From contig OX597816.1 in assembly GCA_951406725.2 (NCBI GenBank), forward strand, positions 16,430,001 through 16,494,000: 64,000 nt of DNA, given 5' to 3'. The notes beneath the pieces are model-generated. The model had not been told where the DNA came from. It was given only the letters and a program-made list of their open reading frames with translations, and did no database searches. The translations under genes were made by a program, and so were the position numbers. Position 1 is the first letter of the stretch; each line of letters opens with the position of its first letter. This document shows positions 1 through 13,058 of the stretch, in pieces. The DNA is from Octopus vulgaris. Taxonomy: Eukaryota.

Positions 1-418
1 TTGCATATTTGTGTAAATAAAATCGTTTTTCTTTGGAATAGAAAAAAGTCTATCTTTATTTCTTTTGCTGGTGTCTCAAATTTAGGTTAAATCGGTGTTT
101 CTCAAAGGGGAGGCCTATGGGACGGTCGGACAAGTTGTTTTGAGAAAATTTGGTTTAAATGTTTGACAACTCAGCACCGTCCATTGGAGGGGGGAGTTTT
201 ACTCGTATACATATAATATGCATACGTGTATGTATGCATGTTATATTTGTATATATGTGTTTATATATATGCATTATATTATATATATATATATATGTAT
301 ATATGTTTATATATATGCATTATATTATATATATGTATGCATATATGTATGTATATATATGTATATATAAACATATACACTTAGTATAATACGTATATAT
401 AATATGTGTACATGCATA

Positions 419-804
419 TCTCTCTATATATAAACGGCAGTTTGTCTGTGCGTGTTTCTGTGTCTGTTTGGTTGTACCCTCACCCTGACCACTGCTTTCA
501 ACCGATTCTGATGAAACTTGACACACACATAGCCCAATGTCATAATTCAAAACTAACGCAACGAAAATTTTGAAAAGTTCCCCCAGTTCTGAAAAAAAAA
601 TCGATAAATTCGACATGGGGTCGAGAATGAGAAACACAAACCACAGACTGTCTAGGGGACGCAACTCGACCTTTTTTTAACTCTCAAAAAAAATTTACCA
701 TAATTTTCGTTCCATTTTTTTGCTAATTTTTTACTATAACTCTCTAAAAATGCTTTATAGTTATTTCCCGTACAAACCCGAGCAACGCCGGGCGATACTG
801 CTAG
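419..804 (+). mobile_element. Non-autonomous Helitron-like element
   Basis: 5' TC(TCTCTATATATAAA) after an A, 3' CTAG followed by T, GC-rich subterminal hairpin CCCGagcaacgcCGGG about 10 nt before the end, no TSD. Confidence 0.75.
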
Positions 805-1134
805 TATATTAATAAAAAAATCCGCATTAAGAGCAGGACATCACCAATGAGTGAAAAATACGTAAACACGCAAGATGTATTTTTCACTCGTTGGTGATGT
901 CCTGTATTTAATGTGTACATTTTTTTTATGTATTTATAATTGAACACCACGTAGCCTTGTCCACAGTAAGTTCTTACACACACACATTGTAAAGAAATCA
1001 TGTATGCAATAGCCCAAATGCATAATACAGGAGTATTCATATACAGATGAGAATGAGATAAAATCCATATATTGTAGATGCTTGAAAATATAGATGAATG
1101 ATATGTAATGTATAATGTAATTTTCAGAAGCTAT

Positions 1135-1362
1135 ATATATGTGACTGCATGTGTATCGTTGGCGATTTTTTTTTTTTTTTTTTCTTCTTCTTCTTTCCAT
1201 CTTCCCTTCCTTGGATCTTTCCTTTTCCCATGTTTCTGACGAAGAGCTCCGCTCGAAATGTTAAATCCTCCTTCTTTCTTTCCTTTCCTGAGCGTCCTAT
1301 AACACGATACTTGTTCCACGTCCTCGCGTTTTTTTTCTCTTTGTGTTTTCATGTTTGGATTA

Positions 1363-1365
<3 letters not shown>
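1135..1365 (+). mobile_element. Short repeat with minimal hammerhead-like motif (Penelope-LTR/retrozyme-like); second copy at 53929-54128
   Basis: Two similar copies in the window, both carrying gttt-CTGACGA-agagc-tcy-gctc-(G/T)AAA-(t/c)gtt-aaat. Confidence 0.6.
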
Positions 1366-1394
<29 letters not shown>

Positions 1395-2045
1395 ATGAAA
1401 TGATAATAATATGGATTATTATGAAGTAGTATAGCATTATCTTTAATTACTATATATATATATATGCAGCTTCAAATAGACCTATACATGTTTCTATTGC
1501 ATCGATATATATGTATATGTTGAATCTATAGCTATATATATATATATATATTCATGGAGAAAAATATTTTACTCGGGTATTTACTTTCTGATGCTACAGA
1601 CACATGCACACACAGATATATATTAAATGCAGTTATGACTATGCCAAAAACATGTTTATGGAAGAGGCTATTAAGTAAACTGTTTAGATCTACAGATAAT
1701 GATAGTATATACATGTGTATTAAATATATAGTTTATATAATGCACACACACACACTGGCATGGTTAAGAGGTTCAGTTTGCAAAAATGTAGCTTTGGGTT
1801 CAGCTCCCCTGTACAGCACCTTGAAGTGTTTTCTGTAATAGCCCCAAGCTGACCTATACCTGATGAAGGATTTTGGCAGATGGAAACTGTGTGGAAGCTC
1901 ATCATGTGTGTGTGTGCGTGTCTGTGTTTCTCCCCACTGCACTGTTTGTAAACCGATGTTGTTTAGTTTTTATCCTTGTAAATTAGCAGCTCAGAAAAAG
2001 TGATCAGTACTGGGGTAGATTTCTTTAACTAAAATCCCTCAAAGG

Positions 2046-2419
2046 TGCAGGAGGGGCTGTGTGGTAAGTAGCTTGCTTACCAACCACATTGTTCTGGGTT
2101 TATTCCCACTGTGACGCCTTGGGGAAGTGTCTTCTACTGTAGCCTCAGGTCAACCAAAGCCTTGTGAGTGGAGTTTGGTAGATGGAAACTGAAAGAAGCC
2201 TGTCGTATATATATTTATGTGTGTGTGTGTGTTGTGTTTGTCCCCCTGACTTTGCTTGACAACTGATGCTGGTGTGTTTATGTCCCCGTAACTTAGCAGT
2301 TCAGCAAAAAAGATCGATAGAATAAGTGCTAGGCTTACAATGTCCCAAGGTCAATTTTCTCAACTAAAGGTGTTGCTCCAGCATGGCAACAGCCCAATGA
2401 CGGAAGCAAGTAAAAGAAA
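2046..2419 (+). mobile_element. tRNA-derived SINE, family A
   Basis: ggctgtgtggtaag...gggtttattccc A/B-box-like head, central (TA)/(TG) linker, ...aagtaaaaga tail. Many copies occur across the window. Confidence 0.75.
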
Positions 2420-2731
2420 ATCCACACACACACACACACACATACACATAATGAAAATATGTCTTCTCATTCCATTGTATGTATTTTGGTACAGATATAG
2501 GAACGGCTCTATGGTGGAAAAGTTTGCTTGGCTACTTTGTCATTGGAAGCTTGATTTGAATGAAAGGAATCTTAGGGGAGTGTCTTCCAGTGTAGCCTTG
2601 TGTTGGGTTAATGCCTTGCTAATGGAATAATGGTAGAAGGAAACTGTGTGCAAGATATTTTTCGGACGTTCTAATGATGCTGTTAATCCATCCTCTTTAT
2701 CCCTTTCAGAAATGCTCTGTGTTTCTTTCAA

Positions 2732-3202
2732 GACAGGACCGCATAACTGGCATCCGTGCTAGTGGTGCACTAAGAGCACCATCCGAGAGTGATCGTTGCC
2801 AGGGCTGCTGACTGGCCCCCCCGTGCCGGTGGCATGTAAAAAGCACCATTCGAGTGTGATCATTACCAGTGTCGCCTTACTGGCACTTGTGCTGGTGGTA
2901 TGTGAAAAACAACATTTTGAGCGAAGGTGTTGCCAGTGCTGCTTGACTGGCTCCTGTGCAGGTGACATGTAAAAATACCTTTTCAGTGTGGCCATTGCCA
3001 GTACTGCTTGACTGGCCCTCGTGCCAGTGGCATGTAAAAGTATCCACTACACTCTCAGAGTAGTTGGCATTAGGAAGGGCATCTAGCTGTAGAAACTTTG
3101 CCAGATTAGATTGGAGCCTGGTACAGCCATCTGGCTCACCAGTCCTCAGTCAAACCGTCCAACCCATGCCAGCATAGAAAGCAGATATTAAACGATGATA
3201 AT
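2732..3202 (+). mobile_element. SINE-like family C ((GAT)n tail), inserted into a TTAA-MITE copy (~2684-3377)
   Basis: Internal gtggcatgtaaaaagcacc repeats and ttggcattaggaagggcatc...ccaacccatgccagcat...acgatgat end. The flanks match the two halves of the MITE at 52223-52440. Confidence 0.65.
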
Positions 3203-3689
3203 GAATTTTAAATATAACTAAGAATTTAGTAAAACAACTTAATCATTCAGCTGGTGTTAAGAACATAAATTGTGACTAAGGTTTGGTGGAAGATTTTAAT
3301 TCAAAACTTATGAAAATAACACACTTGTACTACAGAGCCAGATGCAGTTTTAGCCGGGATGGTATTGAGAGGGTTAAATTGGTTTCAAATTTTGGAACAA
3401 GGCCAGCAATTTCAGAAAGGGGATAAGTTGGTTCTATCAACCCCAGTGCTTAACTGGTATTTATTTTATAGACCCTGTAAGGATGAAAGGCAAAGTTGAC
3501 CTTGGTGGAATTTGAACTCAGAATGTAAAGACAGATGAAATGCCACTTAGCAGTTTGCTTGGTGTGCTAACAGTTCTGCCACCTCATCATCCTAAATATA
3601 TAAGAAATATTACACGATATTCTTCCTGACATTCTAATGATGCTGCTAATCTTTATATTAATAATCATTATGAGGTTGCAATGCAGAAT

Positions 3690-4060
3690 AAGAACAAGAA
3701 GATTTTATGGGGCTTCTCTCATAAAGACTGATGGTACTATTGAAGCAAAGAGACCAGATATGATTATAGAGGACAAAAGAAGCAGTTCATGATTATAGAC
3801 TTTGCAATTCTCAACGATAACAGCAGGTTTCAAAGAAATTGAGAGAAAGGAGAAATATTAGGACCTAGATGAAGAGATCATGGAAATCTAAGATGACAAT
3901 AATTTCTGCAGTAATTGGCACATTTCACATAATACCCTAAACTGTTAGCTGAAGGGCTGAAGAATATTGGAATTGAGATTCTTAGGGCTAACATGCAGAA
4001 AAGTGCAACTTTTTTTTCTGCTAGGAAAATAAGAATAATTTTTGAGACTTGAGACTTATG
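3690..4060 (+). pseudogene. Decayed RLE-type (R4/Dong-like) LINE C-terminal endonuclease fragment
   Basis: KILWGF...TDGTIEAKRPDMIIEDK...MIIDFAI resembles the RPD..D-type restriction-like endonuclease; stops and frameshifts present. Confidence 0.55.
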
Positions 4061-4110
4061 ATCACCCAACCTTAAGACAACATTGCAGTTAAGTGATATG
4101 GCATATAATA

Positions 4111-4935
4111 TTGGGTTGTCCGGAAAGTTCGCGCCGATTTTTAAAGGAAAGAAAAGGGTCAATAAATACTTACCATTACATTTTTAATCAACCAAATATG
4201 AACCATTTTGTTGCACAATGTGTCTCCATCTTTCCTTCAACTTGAAAATACCCTCTTCCCAGAATTGGGGTGGTTTCATGGCAAAGAATTCATCAAGGTA
4301 TCTTTTTATATCATCCAAGGAATTGACATTTTTACCATTAAGACTATTCTGCAGAGACCTGAATAAGTGGAAATCCAAAGGAACAATATCTGGTGAATAT
4401 GGAGGGTGGGGTAACACATCCCAGCCGTGCTGCAGCAATTTTTATCTGGTTCCTAAAGCATCAAGTGCCAAAAATGAACTTTCTCATCTTTTATTTTAAA
4501 GGGTTACAGAATTAACACAGGTTATAGGAACATAAACCTTCTTCCACGAAAAGATAGTCTAAATTGTGTTCTAAATAGAGGTGTAGTCAAATCCTATTTT
4601 ATGGACTCAAAACCATGTTCTAAAATAGGTCGAAAGGTAAGCTACTATAAATCAACATGAACATTCCAGGCAACCCAATCCTAAAAGAAGAATGATAAAA
4701 TAAGAGAGTTTATGAGAAAGCTAAAAAAGGTACAAATTCTACCACAGTTGACTTTGCCTTTCATCCTTTCAAAGTACCTGTTGATTTACACCCTCCCCCA
4801 AAATTACTGGTCTTGAACCAAAATTTAAAACAATTATCACTGTTATTAATATCATTATTCATCTTAAGGTAACTAAGGTAACAAAGTCGAAAGGTAAGCT
4901 ACTCTAAATCGGCACAAACTTTCCGGACAACCCAA
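4111..4935 (-). mobile_element. Internally deleted mariner element
   Basis: TA-flanked TIRs ttgggttgtccggaaagtt (4111) and aactttccggacaacccaa (to 4935). ORF 4184..4438 has WDVLPHPPYSPDIVPLDFHLFRSLQNSL. An N-terminal KDEKVHFWHLML remnant near 4457-4492 is fused directly to the C-terminus. Confidence 0.85.
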
Positions 4936-6179
4936 TAGTTTCAAATTTTGGCACAATGCTAGCAATTTTAGGAGAAGTGGGTTAGTCAATCACTTTGACC
5001 TCCAGGACTTGGATTGTGGAATCATTCAGAGTGTTTGGCAGAGTTGCAAACCTCTTAAACGTCCTCAATGCTAATATGACACATTGGAAAATATGATGAA
5101 GGAAGTGAAATCACTGAGGAATGCAGCTGATAAAAGCTGCATCTTGCTGAGTGATTCCTTTTTCCTTTTGTTATTCTGCACATAAAAGTCAACATGGCTT
5201 ACAAACTATGCAGAAATGTATCCTCTTTAAATCATCTTTTCTTCATGGATGACTTCACCATTTTGATACCAACCCACATGAGACCGCACCTGGTTCTGTG
5301 ACACAAAGTTCCTGTTTTAAAGTGAACTAAATTAAAATTTGCCTTTAAAATTTCATGTTAATTTATATTCCAAACACCAGCTTAATAATGACAAAGTTAT
5401 TTTAATAAATTCTTCATTATTTTGAAAATTAATTGAAACCAACAGCAATATATTCTACAGAAATATGGTAACAAACTGGTTAATGATATTTGCAAAGTTT
5501 GTAGAAGAGACAAATTCCACTTTGTAATACAATAAAGGCGTTTTACAGTGATATTTGTAATGGAATTTGGTCTATCAAAATGTGTGACTTTAATGGAATA
5601 ATTTTCTCAGAAAAATGGATTTTAGAATCTGATGACCTCAGAGGGATTTAAATTGGGAGAGTAAAGAGTCAAAAGAAATATCATATAGTCTTTTGACTGA
5701 CACTCAATTGATTCTAATTATCATCATCATAAAGGGTGGTGAACCAAATGTTTAGTGGCATGTTGTCCATCTTTATATTCTAAGTTCAAATTCCTTAGAG
5801 GTACTTTGCCTTTCATCCTTTTGGTATTGATAAATTAAGTACCAGTGAAACACTGGGATTGATGTAATCAACTTAACCCCTCCCTCCAAATTTCAGAAAG
5901 GATGATTATGATTATTAATATTATTATTATTATTATTATTATAAAGTGTGGTGGACAAAATGCTTCATGGCATTTTGTCTGTCTTTACATTCTGAGTTCC
6001 AGTTCTGCCAAGGTTGACTTTGCCTTCCATCCTTTTTGGGGTCAATGAAATAAGTACAAGTTGAGCACTGGGGTTCATGTAATTGATAACTCTTATCCCT
6101 AAAATTTCAGGCCTTGTGCCTATAGTAGAAAGGATTATTATTATTATTATTTATCTTTTTCTCTCAGGTTTTGTTGGAG

Positions 6180-6668
6180 CTCCTGGAGCCTTGCATGAGT
6201 AGTAGCTTGCTGCCTGCAGAATACGGTACCATGCTATTCTTTTCAGCTATCAAATACTTTCCTGATTATTCTGGCTGTGCCAAGGAGGTAAACCATTTGT
6301 AACAGTTCTACAGAGCACTCTATTCCAATTTCCTTTATATTCCCCTTGATGCCTTCTGATACTGTTCCCAAGGACTCAACAATAATTGGTACTATCTTCA
6401 CCTTCATTTTCCATGACCAGACTATTTTGTACTTAAGAGGGTTATATTTATCTATTTTTCACCTTCCTTCTTATCTATTCGTGGGTCAAAGGGGCATGCA
6501 ACATCAACTATATAGCATATGTGCTACTACATCTTGTCCACCACCTTCAGATCTGGCCTGTTATACTCTAGCACCTGATCTGTTCAGATTGGGAAATTCC
6601 AGATGAATTTGTAAGTCTCTGACTCCACCACTCCCTGTGGTCTGTGCTCATGCCACATCTTGCCTCTT
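6180..6668 (-). pseudogene. R4/Dong-like LINE 3' fragment (RLE domain); related copy at 10712-10852 (+)
   Basis: The plus-strand copy reads MWYEHRPQGVVESETCKIIWDFPI*TDQVLEHNRPDLVVVDK; this copy is its reverse-orientation homologue and continues through the endonuclease region. Confidence 0.65.
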
Positions 6669-7776
6669 ATCATTATCATCATTATTATTATTATTAAGGC
6701 AGTGAGCTGGCAGAATCGTTAAGACGCTGGGCAAAATGCTTAGTGATATTTCACCTGTCACGGTGTTTTGAGTTCAAATTCTGCTGAGGTCAACTTTGCT
6801 TTTCATCCTTTTGGGGTCAATAAAATAAGTACCAGTTGAGAATTGTGTTCAATGTAATCAAATTACCCCTCCCCCAAATTTCAGGCCTTGTGCCTACAGT
6901 AATAAAGATTATTATTATCATCATAAAGTGTGGAAGCCAAAAATGAAAAAAAACCTACCAACATTGCTTCTGGATCTGTATGCTTTGAGTTCAAATCTCA
7001 CGAAGGTCAACTTTACCATTCAACCTTGTGGAGTCAAGTATTGGGGTCAATGTAATCAAACTAGACCACCCTCACCTTAAAATTGCTGGCTTTGTATCAA
7101 AATTTGAACCCTTACTATAAATAAAGAACTCCATAAACTCTAGAGAAATGCAATAAACGATGAGGTTCATCTTTGTCATTTTGATGTCCATTTTTTGACA
7201 CTTGCATGGGTTTGAAGGATTTCTTATTGATGCAGATATTTCTCCATGACCAGACATGTTTTTGTGGGATATTGGAAATGAATGACATTCATTTACAGCT
7301 ATTACTTAAATATTTAGCATCTGAAAGTTTAGTCTTTGTTTACTCTCATTTTGCATGTATATATAAACAAAATATGTTATATTCCATTAGGAATGTGGTA
7401 TAAATTTCGTCCACCCTCAGAATTACCCGGTACTATCAGTAGTAGTATTATTATACACTTTGAAGTTTAAATTTGGGCAGTCGTCATGCGTGAATATAGC
7501 AAACATAACTAGATCTCATTGTGTGTGAATACAGGAAACACAGCTAGATTTCATTATGTGTGTGAATATAGGAAAAAACTAAATCTCATTATGCCAACAA
7601 ACAGTTGCATAATCAAATACCTGTATTCTTGGAGATCTGTGTTGCATCAAAACAACTGTAGTGAACGATAAATAAATGTCCAACCATAATTCTTCTTCTT
7701 ACTCCAGTTTTTTCAATTATACAAAATATATGATAAGCAAAATATGTATATGAAGCTCAAGCTACTATACTCTCGT

Positions 7777-8181
7777 TACTCTTTTACTTGTTTGTCATTT
7801 GACTGTGGTCATGCTGGAGCACTGCCTTTAGTCAAGCAAATCGACCCCAGGACTTATTCTTTGTAAGCCTGGTACTTATACTATCGGCCTCTTTTTGCTG
7901 AACCGCTAAGTTACGGGGACGTAAACATACCAGCATCAGTTGTCAAGCGATGTTGGGGAGGACAAACACACACACAAACATATACACACGCTATGTATGT
8001 ATATATATATATATATACACACATATATATGACGGGCTTCTTTCAGTTTCCTTCCTCTCACAAGACTTTGGTCGGCCCGAGGCTATAATAGAAGACACTT
8101 GCCCAAGGTGCCATGCAGTGGGACTGAACCCAGAACCATGTGGTTGGTACGCAAGCTACTTACCACACAGCCACTCCTGTG
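7777..8181 (-). mobile_element. SINE family A, near full length
   Basis: Reverse complement of the 29368-29752 copy. Confidence 0.8.
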
Positions 8182-8214
8182 CTATATTTGATTTGTTTAT
8201 CTGCATAATTGCCC

Positions 8215-8255
<41 letters not shown>

Positions 8256-8539
8256 GGGCTTGTTTCAGCTTCTGTCAAACAAATGTGCTCACAAGGCATT
8301 GGCTGGTCCAGGGCTAAAGTAGAAAAAATTTTCCCAAGGTGTCACACAGTGGGACTGAACTTGAAACCATGTGGTTGGGAAGCAAACTTCTTAACCATAC
8401 AGCCAAGCTTACACCTCAGCATTCCGAAAGATATGTATTTTTTTCTCTAGAAATAGAATATTAACAGATTAAAGAATCTAATTCACTCAGTTGCTATGGC
8501 AGTATCAAGGGAACTTGGACTTGATGTTAATAGAGTAAG

Positions 8540-9416
8540 CACCCTTCTTCAGGCAAATCTACCAAAAAAAAAAAAAAAAAACAGGTGAAAAAAAATACTC
8601 CTTAAAATTGGTAAAAAATGAAAAGACCAATCAATCCTTACCTTGCAAAACGGAAAATGAATAAATAAATAAATGGAAGGTAAGAAAGAAACAGTCTGTA
8701 AATATAGCATCAATAAAAGAGAAGACATTTTGGAAGTGAAAGAAATGCCAATCATATCTGTGGAAAGTCATACTGGAAAAGATACTTTGAATAGTGTGAA
8801 GAGTTCTTCCTTGAAAATACGATATTCTAAATAAATATAAAATGTGTTCTAAGGACAACATAAAAAAAAAAATGAGAGAAAAAAGATAAATATAAAAATA
8901 AACGCCTAACATTGAATGATACACCAACATTAATAATAATAATAATATTGAAATATATTGGGAGACTATATGGAGCAAAAATATTCAGCACATCCCAAGC
9001 ATACAATGGATTAAAAGAGAAAAGGGATAAGGAAAAACAAAAAGAAAAACAAAGGAAAAAAATTGTGATAACGGTACAAGCATGACTTGGCATAACTAGC
9101 GAGAGGACCAACAGGATATAAAGATAGCAAGCAGAAGGAAAGTTCTTGGAATTGACAAAGACACAAATTTCTGGATGAGATGACAAAACAGTATTTATGG
9201 AATCTGTGGCAACCGCATTCAATGAATTCCTAAACAGACCAGAATTAACACCTGACTGGTTACTAGAGAGGAAAACAATATTGATTTCGCAAAACAAGGC
9301 GACCAGAGCGCTCTCCCTGCTCTCCCACACCTTCCCATAAACTGCTGCAAGACAATAAATTGTTTGCCAGAAACATACAAAGCCCTTATATCATCTATAT
9401 GCTGTAACAGGCTCAT

Positions 9417-9418
<2 letters not shown>
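8540..9418 (+). pseudogene. Decayed R4/Dong-like LINE, reverse-transcriptase N-terminal region
   Basis: PELTPDWLLERKTILISQ...INCLPETYKALIS resembles the PxWLxxGxTxLIxK...RPITCLPxxYK motif. A further WIDY.K.FDSIPH-like remnant lies at ~10045-10090. Confidence 0.55.
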
Positions 9419-9453
<35 letters not shown>

Positions 9454-11547
9454 GCCCTGATGCAGTATCAGGCAGTGGCTCTCATGGCTTCTGATCATAA
9501 CTAATTGGAAGTGTTAACATGTATGTGTTTTGTATTGGTGTAAAAGACAGGCTACAGCAAATATTCTGCGCAGTACCACAGATTTGCTTGTCAGTTGTTT
9601 GACTGTAACCAGTTGAGCATGTACCTTAAGTGGCTGATAACATGTGCATCTCTGATCATGAGCAGAACTAGTGGGGGAGCATCATAGCCATCTGTTGAGT
9701 GGAATTCTTTGGGGTTTGGATAATTCACCTCTGGAAACATGGGTGTTTCATTCAACATCCTTAAACAAGCCTTATTCAGAGACCTTTTGAGCAGGATGGG
9801 CTACTCTACCTGAAGAAAACCCTAACTGGGCTCCACCTGCGAGGTCATGTGCCTTTTATCTTGTCAACTGTGAAGAGATGAAAGCAAAGTTGACCTTGGT
9901 GGGATTTGAACTCAGAACATAATGAGTCGGAAGAAATATCACAAAGAATAACACATAGCTTGAGAACCAGATTGAGTGTCAAAGCACAACGTATGAGAAC
10001 TATCGAAGAAGTGAAAGTAAAAAGAGGAAAACGGAATTTTAGCATGGCATTGATTGATTACTGGAAAAGTATTTGATAGTATACCACATTGATGAATATC
10101 AAAGAAGAATATGTCTTGTATGTAAAGTAACTCTGGTACAAAGGCAGTATATCAAACATGTCATTTGAAAATGGAAGCAACCAGATCAGGAGGCAAAAAG
10201 AGAAGATAAAACACTCATTGCTGTGTCTGTGATATGAAGAATCTTCCAAGGAGGTTCCTCGTTTCTTCTACTTGTCTGTGTAACTTTGATTCCATTTCTG
10301 AATATTTACTGAATGAAACTACCACCACTGGGGGGGGGGGGGAGGGGCTAATTTGATTACATTGTACACAGTACTCGACAGGTATTTATTTTATTGACCC
10401 CAAAAGGATGAGAAGCACAGTTGACCTCAGCAGAATTTGAACTCAGAACACAGTGACAGGTGAAATACCTATTTATTTATTGCCCACAAGGGGCTAAACA
10501 CAGAGAGGACAAACAAGAACAGACAGATTAAGTTGATTACATCGACCCCAGTGCGTAACTGGTACTTACTTAATCGACCCCAAAAAGATGACGAGCAAAG
10601 TCGACCTCGTCAGAATTTGAACTCAGAATGTATCGGCAGACGAAATACCGCTAAGCATTTCGCCCGGCATGCTGACGATTCTGCCAGCTCGCCGCCTTAA
10701 TAATGATAATAAGAGGCAAGATGTGGTATGAGCACAGACCACAGGGAGTGGTGGAGTCAGAGACTTGCAAAATCATTTGGGATTTCCCAATCTGAACAGA
10801 TCAGGTGCTAGAGCATAACAGACCGGATCTGGTGGTGGTGGACAAGATGTGCAACCACCGCCTTCACTGCTACTGCTGCTGCCACCACCACTGTTGCCAC
10901 CGCTGCCATTGCTGCCTCTGCCACCTCCACCACCACCACCACCACCACCACCACCACCACCATCATAATGTTTCTCCTCATTGAAAATCCATTTTGCATG
11001 TTGGCTGCGACTGAACGGTCTAATAGGCTTCACTGAGTCGGAGGATTGCATTGTTCCCCAGAGTCCATTCTAACATGCTTTCTATGGCTCAAAGCCTTTT
11101 CTGATGCCAAACACCTTCCTATTATGTGCATTGAATATTTTGCATCTTTTTATGGCACCAGCACTCATGAGATTGCCATGTGCCTTACAAAACTAAAAAG
11201 CCCACTGGAGTGAGTAGGAGCATAGAAGAGGGGGAGGGGTTTTATATTTGGTAGGAAGGGGCGAAAATAGGAAAGAGGTAACAACAGGTGAAACAACAAA
11301 ACAACTGTCTGCTATGATTTTCATAGCTGGTTGCCTTTCCTAATGCCCACCACTTTCCAGGGCGTACTGGATGTAAAGTGATGAATGTTAAACTCAATGC
11401 TATAACACAAATGATGTAACACTAAATTAATACCAGTAATAATAGTTTCAAATCTTGGCACAGAGCCAGTAATTTTTGAGGGGAGGGGAAAGTTGATTAC
11501 ATTAACACCAGTACTCAGCTGGTAATTTTTTTTATCGATCCTGAAAG

Positions 11548-12036
11548 GATATTTTTTAGAATGCAGAATTGCAGTTAGAATAGCAGAAATACTGGGTAAT
11601 ATACTCTTACAAGGCAGAAAAATTTCTCAACAACCAGCCATATCACTCAAAGATTCTGGCTAAGTGCTTTACCATCAAGCTAAACTGCCTGCCAATGAAT
11701 TCATCTGTTGAATTAGATGCTAAAATAGTGTAGCTTTATAGAACAACCATGTGTCTCTAAATGTAAACAAACAAATATTTATTTATTTTTATTAGAAGTG
11801 TTGAAATGTGTTTTGTACAATACAAACATTTGTTTCTTTACATTTTATATACACATGATTGGTCTATAGAGCTAAACTATTTAGCATCTAATTCAGTGGA
11901 TAAATTTGTCAAGCGGAGTCTTTGAGGGATATAGGTTCGAATCTCATTGCAGATTGTTGAGTTTTTCTACCTTGTAAGGGTAAATTACCAAGTATTTCTC
12001 ATGTCCTAATGGCAAATCTGCATTTACAAAAATATC
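11548..12036. mobile_element. Fold-back (palindromic) MITE-like element, ~490 bp
   Basis: Nested inverted matches: agaaatactgggtaat..cttacaaggcagaaaaa vs tttttctaccttgtaag..attaccaagtatttct; gaattagatgctaaa vs tttagcatctaattc; atagaacaaccatgtgt vs acacatgattggtctat. Confidence 0.75.
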
Positions 12037-12059
12037 AAATATCATCTTATTTGTATCAT

Positions 12060-12103
<44 letters not shown>

Positions 12104-12109
12104 CACACA

Positions 12110-12330
12110 CATACATCCAGTATATATATAATACACATTCAGTATATATATACACACACACACACACATCAAGTATGTATATAATACACACACATCAAGC
12201 ATGTATATAATACACACATCAAGTATGTATATAATACACACACATCAAGTATGTATATAATACACACACATCAAGTATGTATATAATACACACACATCAA
12301 GTATGTATATAATACACATACATCAAGTAA
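12110..12330 (+). repeat. ~25-bp minisatellite (cacacatcaagtatgtatataata)
   Basis: About 8 tandem, slightly variable units. Confidence 0.85.
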
Positions 12331-12898
12331 TGTATATATATATGTGCATATATTTCTATATATCAATATATATGTTTATATATGCATATGTATGTATATA
12401 TTAATGTGTATGCATGTGTATGTTTTTGTGGTTGTCCTCCACCACTGCTTGACAACCGGTGCTGGTTTGTTTACATCCCTTAATGGTTTGGCAAAAGAGA
12501 CTGTTGGAATAAGTGCCAGAACTAAAGTGTAAGTGCTGGAGGCGATTTGTTCAACTAAATGCTTCAAGGCAGTGCTCCATCATGGCCACAGTCCAGCGAC
12601 TGAAACAGCTAAATAATAAAATACATGAAATGAAACCTAGTATCTGAAGTTAGTATCTGAAGTTAGTATCATGCTGTCATGGGTTGGATGGTTTGAAAGG
12701 AGCTGGCCCGCTGGGAAGCTGACCAGACCCCCATTGTCTGTTTTGGCATGGTACCTACAGCTGGATGCCCTTCCTAATGCCAACAGGGTTTACAGAGGGT
12801 GCTGGGTGCTCTCTATGTGCCACCGGTACCGGTGCATTTATGTAGCACTAGCCCAACTGCATTTTACATGTCACAGCACTTGTAAAAGACAAGCCTGT

Positions 12899-13058
12899 AT
12901 GTATGGAACACTGCGATTTTACTTATCTTAATGTATGGAACACTGCAATTTTACTTATCTTAATGTATGGAATACTGCAATTTTACTTATCTTAATGTAT
13001 GGAACACTGCGATTTTACTTAACTTAATGTATGGAAAACTGCAATTTTACTTATCTTA
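12899..13058 (+). repeat. 32-bp minisatellite x5 (atgtatggaacactgcrattttacttatctta) inside a family C copy
   Basis: Five near-identical tandem units read directly. Confidence 0.9.

Noticed and set aside
508-514. CTGATGA in the Helitron (also 1860, 14606, 31597)
   Set aside because: No helix II-GAAA-NUH arrangement follows, so not counted as hammerheads.
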